Assembly (NCBI GenBank): GCA_963833985.1
Contig: CAWIAD010000001.1
Location: 2,336,001-2,400,000, forward strand
Source of the DNA: an uncultured Planctomycetaceae bacterium
GTDB lineage: Bacteria; Planctomycetota; Planctomycetia; Isosphaerales; Isosphaeraceae
Length of the DNA: 64,000 nucleotides
Reading direction: 5' to 3'
Positions 56,604 to 64,000 of the stretch are shown here, piece after piece. The notes under the pieces are model-generated. The model saw nothing but the letters and a program-made list of their open reading frames with translations, searched no databases and was not told the origin of the DNA. The position numbers were made by a program, and so were the translations under genes. Numbering within the stretch: position 1 is the first letter of the stretch; each line of letters starts with the position of its first letter.

Positions 56604-57720
56604 GGCGCAGGGCCTCGCTTGGCTCAAGCGCCGCGGCGCGCAGGGCCGGGTAAATACCTCCGAGCACGCTCAGGAGCAGGCCCAGCACAATCCCGAAGCC
56701 AAGCACGGCCGGCGGCAAGTGCGGATCGATGAATCCCCGGGCGGTGGGCGCCAGCAGCAGGCCCCGCAGGCCTGCCACGGCCAGGATCAGGCCCAGCACG
56801 GCACCCAGCAATCCCAGGATGAGGGACTCGCCCAGGATGAGCCGAAGCACACGGCCGCGGCGCCAGCCGAGTGCCCGCAGCACGCCAATCTCCTGGGTCC
56901 GCTCGAACACGGCCATGATCATGGTGTTCAGCATACCCACGGAGCCGAGCAGCAGTGCGAGCACGGTGGTGGCCCAGGCCATCACCTTGGCAAGCTGGAT
57001 CTGCACGTCGCGCTGCACATGGTCGCGCGCCGGCGTGGCGGCCACACCCGGGATCGCGGACTCGATGCGTTTGCGCAGGCCGGCGATCGCCGCCGGCTGG
57101 GACGACCGAGCCTCGATCACGAAACCGGTCACCTGGCCCTCGCGCCCCATCATACGCTGAAGGGTCGCCAGCGGGACAATGAGCGCACCGCTTTCAAAGA
57201 TGCTGTCGCTCTCGAAGATGCCGATCACCTGGAACGTCACACCGGCCACGTCCAGCGCATCGCCCACATGCTTTCCCAGGTTGAGCGCCAGCACCCGCCC
57301 CAGCAGGGCGACATTGCCTTCTCCCGGACGGAACAGCCGGCCGTCCAGAAGTTTTGAGCCCCGGAACAGCAGGCTGCCGCTCGGCCAGCCGTTGATCAGG
57401 GCGCTGGCGATGTGAGCCTGCTCGAATCCCACCGTGTCCATGAGGGACGGAGAGATGTCCAGAACGCCTTCCAGCCCGCGCAGCTTCGCTCCCAGCGACT
57501 CATCGAGCGTGCTCGAAAGCTGGTTGCTTGTACCCGCGCGCACCACGACCAGGTCAATCCCCTTGGCGGTGAAGAGCTTCAGGAACGATTGCTCGAAGTT
57601 CCAGGCAATGCCCACCAGGTCGAGTACGGCCGCGATGGCCACGGCCAGGCCCGTGGCCGTGAGCACGGTGCGAGCCCGGCGGCGAAGCAGGTTGCGGACA
57701 ATCAGCGTGACGAAGCGCAT
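56596..57720 (-). CDS. FtsX/MacB-type ABC permease
   Basis: RNLLRRRART, NTMIMAVFERTQEIGVLRALGW, PALRAAALEPSEALR. Confidence 0.92.
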   Translation of the reverse strand: MRFVTLIVRNLLRRRARTVLTATGLAVAIAAVLDLVGIAWNFEQSFLKLFTAKGIDLVVVRAGTSNQLSSTLDESLGAKLRGLEGVLDISPSLMDTVGFEQAHIASALINGWPSGSLLFRGSKLLDGRLFRPGEGNVALLGRVLALNLGKHVGDALDVAGVTFQVIGIFESDSIFESGALIVPLATLQRMMGREGQVTGFVIEARSSQPAAIAGLRKRIESAIPGVAATPARDHVQRDVQIQLAKVMAWATTVLALLLGSVGMLNTMIMAVFERTQEIGVLRALGWRRGRVLRLILGESLILGLLGAVLGLILAVAGLRGLLLAPTARGFIDPHLPPAVLGFGIVLGLLLSVLGGIYPALRAAALEPSEALRHE

Positions 57721-57777
57721 CGGCAGATTCACTCGTGCACCAGGGAGGCACCGGGCAAACGAACGTCATCTCGCGGA

Positions 57778-58626
57778 TCAGAAGGGCACATGCCCCACCA
57801 GCACGTAGCCCAGCCCGCGCCAGACCTCATGGTATTCCACCTCGGGAAGCACGCTTGCGGCAATCGCGCGGACGTCGAGAGTGCGGTAGCGTTCGACCAT
57901 GTCGGTGAAGCGGTCGCCCAGGTTCATGAGCCGCGAGACGATGAAGCGGTCGAGCGCCGGCAAACCCAGCCGGTGGCCGAGCATCCGGTCCGTCAGGTTG
58001 GGCAGTTCGTCCGAGATGACGATCGTCGCGCCGGGGCGTGCCACGCGGACCATCTCGCGCAGCGAGCCCTGCGGATCGTTGAAGTAGTTGAATGCCCCGA
58101 TGCTCAGCACCGCATCGAACTGCCCGTCGTGGAAAGGCAGGCACTCGGCCTCTCCCTGGATGAGCCGGACCGGGACCTCGGCCGGCCGCGCGGCGCACGC
58201 CCTGAGCTGCGACCACGAGATGTCCACCCCCACCACCTGCCAGTCCGCCGGCATCCAGGGCAGGTACACGCCGTCGCCCACAGCCACGTCCAGCAAATTG
58301 AGCCCGGGCCGGGCCGGCAGGTGCTTTAGCACCTGGTTCCGAGCCCGCCGTTCGCCTCCGTTGCACCACCAGGTGAACTTCTCCCAGAACCGGAACTTCG
58401 GCCACAGCGGGCTGTCATAAAACTCCTGCGCCACGCGGTTGTTGGCCTCGGTCCCCTCGTTCACGACCAGGATCTCCTCCCGGATGGGAAACTCCATGGC
58501 GCAGCCTCGGCACTGCAACCCTGAAAACGTGCTCGCCAGGCCGCTCGTGCATCTCGGGCAGCGCAGCAGATCGACGTGTCCAGCCCAGGCTGAGGCATCC
58601 GCGGTCACTTCGGAACTTGTGCTCAT
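57778..58626 (-). CDS. Class I SAM methyltransferase with N-terminal Zn-ribbon
   Basis: CPRC/CRGC; LLDVAVGDG; GEAECLPFHDGQFD. Confidence 0.88.
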   Translation of the reverse strand: MSTSSEVTADASAWAGHVDLLRCPRCTSGLASTFSGLQCRGCAMEFPIREEILVVNEGTEANNRVAQEFYDSPLWPKFRFWEKFTWWCNGGERRARNQVLKHLPARPGLNLLDVAVGDGVYLPWMPADWQVVGVDISWSQLRACAARPAEVPVRLIQGEAECLPFHDGQFDAVLSIGAFNYFNDPQGSLREMVRVARPGATIVISDELPNLTDRMLGHRLGLPALDRFIVSRLMNLGDRFTDMVERYRTLDVRAIAASVLPEVEYHEVWRGLGYVLVGHVPF

Positions 58627-58668
58627 GAAACCGATCCCATCACGAAGGTTTCTGGAGGTGGGCCTCGA

Positions 58669-59490
58669 TCACGAATTGGACTGAACCAGGCAGTAGCCCA
58701 GCCCGTGCCAGATGGGCAGACGTTCGGCCGCCGGCCACACCTGTCTGGTCAGGGCTGAAAGATCCACGTCGAATTGCAGCACCATGTCCACGAAGGCTGC
58801 ATCGAGCCCCAGCCCGCGCAGCCAGAAGCGGTCGATGGCTGGCCTGCCGATGAGGTGGCCGATGCCCGCACGATGCATACCCGGGGTCTCGTCGGCCACC
58901 ACCACGCGTCCGCCGTGCCGAGTGACTCTGCGCATCTCGTGCAGCGCCGCGGCGTGATCCCCGTAATAGGTGAACCCGCCGATGGAATAGCAAGCATCAA
59001 ACGTCGCATCGGGGAAGGGCAGCCGCTCGGCCTCCGCCCATGCCAGCCGGCCTATCATCTGCGGGAATCGCCTCTGGCAGTGCTCGAGCTGCGTGCGGGC
59101 GATGTCAACTCCGTAGACGGTCCACGATGGGGGCAGGAAGCGGATGTTCTCGCCGTCGCCCAGCCCCACTTCCAGGACGCGAGCATCATGGCCCACGGCG
59201 CCCAGGTGCCGCAGGATTGACATTCTGGCCCTGCGGGCGCCGCCATGAAGCGTCAGGAACAGTCGTTCCCACTTGCGGAATCGCGGCCAGCCCGGACCGT
59301 CGTAGAACGCGGAAACGATCGCGTTGCGGCCCGACAGGGGACGGATGGCGTTGAGGATGCTGTCCGGAAATCCGTGCGCCCGGCCACAGTCTGGACAGCG
59401 CTCGCTTCCGTTCAGAAGCGCGGCGCAGTCCAGGCAGCAGGCCAGGTCAGCCAGCGCCGGTGCAGCCGTCATGGAAAGGCCCGATGACAT
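58669..59490 (-). CDS. Class I SAM methyltransferase with N-terminal Zn-ribbon (paralog of the neighbour)
   Basis: CLDC/CPDC; VLEVGLGDG; AEAERLPFPDATFD. Confidence 0.88.
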   Translation of the reverse strand: MSSGLSMTAAPALADLACCLDCAALLNGSERCPDCGRAHGFPDSILNAIRPLSGRNAIVSAFYDGPGWPRFRKWERLFLTLHGGARRARMSILRHLGAVGHDARVLEVGLGDGENIRFLPPSWTVYGVDIARTQLEHCQRRFPQMIGRLAWAEAERLPFPDATFDACYSIGGFTYYGDHAAALHEMRRVTRHGGRVVVADETPGMHRAGIGHLIGRPAIDRFWLRGLGLDAAFVDMVLQFDVDLSALTRQVWPAAERLPIWHGLGYCLVQSNS

Positions 59491-59537
59491 GGTTCTCTCC
59501 CACAAGGTCTCGGCCGACCGAGCAGCCGGCGGTTCCT

Positions 59538-60319
59538 TCAGAAATCCACCACCAGCGCCTCGGGCCCGGCCCGGCGCATCAGCCAGTCGAAGAGCCGGTC
59601 CGGCATGTGCTTGAGCAGCGCCAGGCCCATCCTCATGGAGAACGGGAAGACGCAGTTGCGCGGCTTCTTGAGGATGGCGCGCACCAGGTGCAATGCCGCT
59701 TGTTCCGGCTCAATCATCTTCACCTCGCGCTTGTAGGGAACGCCTGTGCTCATCGCCGTACGGACGAAGCCCGGACAGACCGTGGTGACGGTGATGCCCC
59801 GCCGCGCCAGGCCCGGCCGCAGCGCCTCCAGGTAGGCGATGAGCGCTGCCTTGGAAGCCGAGTAGGAGATCATCCAGGGGAAACCCCGGTAGCCCGCCAG
59901 GCTGGCGATGCCGACGATGTGTCCCCGTCTCCGGAGGAGCATGTTCGGCAGCACGGCCTCGATCGATTCGGCCACGCCGAACATGTTCACCTCGAAGGTC
60001 CGCCGCAACGTATCGAGCGCCAGGTCCGGAACGAGGGTGAGCGTGCCGAAGCCCGCGCAGGCGACCAGCACGTCGATCGGGCCGAGCTCCTGCTCGATCT
60101 CCTTCACGGACTGGCGGAGCGTGCTGCGGCGCGACACGTCGGCCGGCCGGGCCACGCAGCTCGCACCCGCGGGCGCAGCTCCGCTTCCAACGCTTCGAGG
60201 TTCTCGCGATCGATGTCGATCAGTCCCATGCGGACACCGTGGCGCGCCAGCTCACGTGCGGTGGCGCGGCCGATCCCGTTGGCCGCACCCGTGATCAGGA
60301 CCAGGGGAAGATCGCTCAT
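59538..60319 (-). CDS. SDR-family oxidoreductase (apparent frameshift ~60170)
   Basis: ITGAANGIG; YSASK; CPGFVRT. Confidence 0.9.
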
Positions 60320-61170
60320 GGACACACCTCGCAAGAATGGGCCGGTTGCAGGGATTCCAGGAACTCGCGGACCGCGGCGACGAACGCCCGCGGGTTCTCC
60401 TCCGGAGCCCGATGCTGGGCGCCGGCGATGCGCCTTCCAACACAATCGGGCAGGTGCTCGAGGAGGTGATCGGCCGTGCTCAGAAACGGCGAGTGCTCGC
60501 CATAAAGGGCCAGGCATGGCTGGGACACGCGGGCGATGCGCTCCCAGGTCAACCCGGCTTCCAGCTTCGATTCGGCCCCGCAGGTGGTGGCGGCCAGCCG
60601 CAGCACCCGCCGCATGGCCGGCAGACCGACGGCTTGACGGAAGCGAAGCAACCGATCCTCATCGAGGCTGCTCACCTGGTCGAAGAACGTCGTCAGGTCG
60701 TACCAGGTGTCGGCCGAGAGCATCACGCCGGCGTCCTCGGCCTCGCGGCGAAAGTTCTCCCAGTGGCCCCAGCGGCTGACGTCTTCCAGGTGCCGCAGCG
60801 CGGGGAAGTAGGGATCGGAAATCACCAGTGCCTCGACCCGCTCCGGGGCGATCACCGCGGCGTGAACCGCGATCACCGCACCGAAGCTGTGCCCCACCAG
60901 CCGCGCCCGCTCGATGCCCAGCACGTCCAGCAAGGCCAGCAGATCGCGGGCGTGATCGTGCGAGGTGTAGCCCGTTTGTGGAGCGTCGCTGTAGCCATGG
61001 CCGCGCAGGTCGTACGCCGTGACCCGCTGGCTTTCCGCCAGCACGGGGATCGTTCGCGACAGGAACCAGATGGAGAGGTCCCCGGTCAAGCCGTGGATCA
61101 ACACCACGTCGGGACCGGACCCCGACTGCTGCACGTGGAAGGTCAGACCGTTCGCCAGAATTCGAGGCAT
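60316..61170 (-). CDS. Alpha/beta hydrolase (possible thioesterase)
   Basis: LIHG, YDLRGHG, GHSFG and a C-terminal His. Confidence 0.88.
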   Translation of the reverse strand: MPRILANGLTFHVQQSGSGPDVVLIHGLTGDLSIWFLSRTIPVLAESQRVTAYDLRGHGYSDAPQTGYTSHDHARDLLALLDVLGIERARLVGHSFGAVIAVHAAVIAPERVEALVISDPYFPALRHLEDVSRWGHWENFRREAEDAGVMLSADTWYDLTTFFDQVSSLDEDRLLRFRQAVGLPAMRRVLRLAATTCGAESKLEAGLTWERIARVSQPCLALYGEHSPFLSTADHLLEHLPDCVGRRIAGAQHRAPEENPRAFVAAVREFLESLQPAHSCEVCP

Positions 61171-61215
61171 GGCATCGCTCGTGATCGTGTGACGGACTGG
61201 CAAAGGCCAGAGGCC

Positions 61216-61497
61216 CTATGCCGCATGAGACTGTAGGAACCGCATGAGCTCGCCAATCTCCAGGTCGCGCTGGTCGCGCTCGCCCAGTTCGGCAAGGAGC
61301 CGCTGGAACGGAACCGGCCGGCCCATGTGTTCCTGGATGGCCTCGCCCAGCACCACGGCATCGATCGACGCCAGCCCGAGATCGGCGAAGAACCGGGTGC
61401 CTGGCTCGATGGGCACGAGCGGATCCACATTGAGTGCTTCGCGAAACACGTGCCGGAGCTGTTCGAGGACCTCGGTCTCGGAAAGCGCAGCGCTCAT
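61216..61497 (-). CDS. Acyl carrier protein
   Basis: 93 aa, acidic; FFADLGLASIDAV with the attachment Ser; ATGA overlap with the PKS stop. Confidence 0.88.
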   Translation of the reverse strand: MSAALSETEVLEQLRHVFREALNVDPLVPIEPGTRFFADLGLASIDAVVLGEAIQEHMGRPVPFQRLLAELGERDQRDLEIGELMRFLQSHAA

Positions 61498-64000
61498 TTT
61501 TCTTCCACCTCGTCACCTGAGAGAAGGGCCCAGGCCCAGACGTACTCGCCGCGGCGGGCCGTACCAACGCGGAATGAGCTATCGGCGGGGCCGGCCGCGA
61601 ATGGCGGGGCCGCCCGGGTCATCCACACGTCTCCCGAATCAAGGTCTGCACGCTCGACCGCGAACTGGCGGCTTGCCGCACCAGGCTCGATCCCAAAGGC
61701 CTTCGCCGCGGCTTGACGTGCTGCGCGAAACCGGGCCAGCCACTCTGCGCGCCGGGCCAGAAAGCGGGGCGGCCACCAATCGTTCGTCCTCCTCGAGCAC
61801 GAGCGGGTCGTTCCCGGCAGCGCGATCGTCGACGGCAGCCACGTCAATGCCCGCGGCTGACCGGCCCGTAACGGCAGCAAGCGCCACCACGACACCCTCG
61901 GCATGGGCAATCGAGATGGCCGGCAGATCGTCGCGGCCGGGGTCGGCCAGGTCGGTGATCCGGGGCCGGCCGTTCGATCCTATAGCACCAGCGCGGATGG
62001 CCAGATCGGCCGGGAACCGCGGCACGCCGCCGGTGCGCAACCAGAGCCGGCGCACGGCCTCCTTGGCGGCGATCCGGCCCCAGAGCCAGTGGCTGCGCCG
62101 GAGTTCGGAGCCATGCAGACCGAGGCTCTCGGCCAGCTCCTGCGGCGCAAGCTGCACCTGCTCCAGGACGTCACGCCAGATCGGCCGGCCCATGTCGGCC
62201 GGCGGCTCCAGCCAGACGGCGGCCGCTACGTCCGGGTCCACGCCGTCCAGTGGGAGCGCCTCGCCGATGAGCACGGTATCGGGTGCGCGAAAAACATCGC
62301 GATAGCGCGCGGGCCAGTAAAACCTCCAGTCTTCCCAGTCGCGGAGTTGCATCCAAGCTCGACCATCGGCCCGCACCAGGTCGGCGTCGACCAGAACGCG
62401 GTGCCGCTCGACGGCCCGCACGCGGACCTGGCATTCGACCCGGGCACCGGCTTCCGGGGCCTCACCGAGAATCGCCAGCCGACCCATCCGGAGCGGGAAA
62501 ACCACGTCGCCCTGATCCAGGCAGTCGAGCCCCCAGCAGCCGAGCAGATGGGTGAAGGTGTCGAGCACGACCGGATCGGTCTGCCAAGCAGGCAACTCGC
62601 CCGGACGCAGCAGCGGATCAAGCGGAAGCACCTCCAGCGTGCCCGAGATTCCCTGCGGTGAGACCTGCCCCAGCTCGACCAGTGCCTGCATGGGCTCGCC
62701 GTGGAAGAGCCACTGCTCGGAGTAGAGCCGCGCGGCGGTGAACTTGCTCGCGCGGGAATCGGGCAGCTCGAAGGGGGCAGCCTGCGCAGGCTCACCGGCG
62801 CGCTCCGAGAACCGGGCCACCGCCTCGAACACGAGACGCGCGGCCTCCGGCTCGGAAGCATTTTCACCCAGCACGTGACGGAGGGTCACCCGGACCTGAC
62901 GGGAATCGGCCGGATCGCACTGGCCGCGGATCTCCAGAACACCGTTGCTGGAATAGGGCACCCAGCGATGAGCGCAGACGTCGCCCAGGCTCTCCAGCGC
63001 CAGGCCCGGAGGAACGATGCACGCGGCCGACTGGGCAGCCATCTCGGCCATGACGAAGAAGGGAACAACCGGCAGTCCCTTGCGCACCGGGTCGAGTGCC
63101 GAGACGCGCCGGCCGCCGAGCGTGTGGTTCTCGGCCACGGGGTTGCCAAGCGGGTCCAGCGACAGCCGGCTGACGATGGCCTGTCCCGGCTCCCAGTGCT
63201 CCACGGCCCCGACCCACGGGCCTGGCTGCGGCATTCCGCCCTGCCTGAGGTGCGCGTCGGTTCCCCCGCCAGGCAGGAACGCCTGCATCACCTCGCGCTG
63301 AGTGGCCAGGAACTCGTTCATCGTCCGCAGGAACGCTAGCATCGCCGCGTCGGCCGCTGGCACGGAGTCCGCTACCACGGCATCCGGAAGCGTGGGAGCC
63401 TGCGCGACAGCAGCCACACCGTTCTTCGGGTCGAACCACGCATCATGGTGCACCGCCGCGCCGTTACCGTTGACATGATGGCCATTCAGTGCAGTGTGCT
63501 TGTGATAATAACCTTGAGCGCTGCGGCCATCATGGCCGTTGAGATCGGCCAGGGCGTGGCCCAGACGCCCGTTGTATGCGGGCAGGCCGGCGCCGGCGTT
63601 GACGTCCTCAGGCGGGTTTGCCGCGTCGTGATCTCGGTCCGGCACAGGGCGACTACGTTCGCGCAGGCGCTCGATGGCTCCCTCCGAGAGTCGTAGCTCG
63701 GGGAAGCCGAGCGCCAGGGAAGGCACGGCTCGAGCCGGTGCCGGCGGTGCATCCAGGTCAACTCGTTCCGGCCGCCGGCGGCCGTAGATGTACGACGGAT
63801 CGAGCGCCAGCCCCTGCGCGAAAAGGGAGGCCACCAGGTGATTGAGTTGCGCCGTCCCGGACCGGCGCGGCAGGTTGGCCGCCACCGCGAACGCCGGCCG
63901 GCCGCGGAGGATATCGTCCACATAGCCGCACAGGTTGCCGCGCGTACCGACATCGACGAAGACGCGCAGACCGTCGCGGTGCATGGATTCGATGGTGGAA
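61494..64000 (-). CDS. Type I PKS/Pfa-like synthase, C-terminal part: end of AT, double-hotdog DH, PPTase-like domain (apparent frameshift ~61752; 5' end outside the window)
   Basis: RVFVDVG (AT end); NHTLGG...LPVVP and DPVVLD (DH); GRIAAKEA, ISIAH and GIDV (Sfp-like). Confidence 0.85.

Overview
High-GC bacterial DNA whose gene content points to a planctomycete (inference, from the PSD1/DUF1553-DUF1501 pair, TIGR03009-like protein, C-terminally extended ECF sigma factor and NfeD-FloA operon). From left to right: a BNR/VPS10 beta-propeller gene; an IS4-family (IS231/IS186-like) element inserted in a GTAG-type REP hairpin; a small defence-like island (M.PvuII-like methyltransferase, unrelated PD-(D/E)xK nuclease, stand-alone HIRAN, ABC-type ATPase plus DUF4276-like partner); housekeeping and signalling genes; nfeD-nfeD-floA; ECF sigma fusion; deaD; a nucleoside/ribose salvage cluster; four glycoside hydrolases; and the 3' end of a PKS-type cluster (AT-DH-PPTase fusion, ACP, hydrolase, SDR, two methyltransferases, ABC exporter). 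About 17 apparent frameshifts break otherwise normal genes. Most sit at GCGC and are probably sequencing artefacts, so I list these genes as joined CDS. CAGCTG is almost absent from the window. At least three dispersed palindromic repeat families are present. I saw no rRNA, tRNA or CRISPR array. All family calls come from motif recognition by eye, not database searches.
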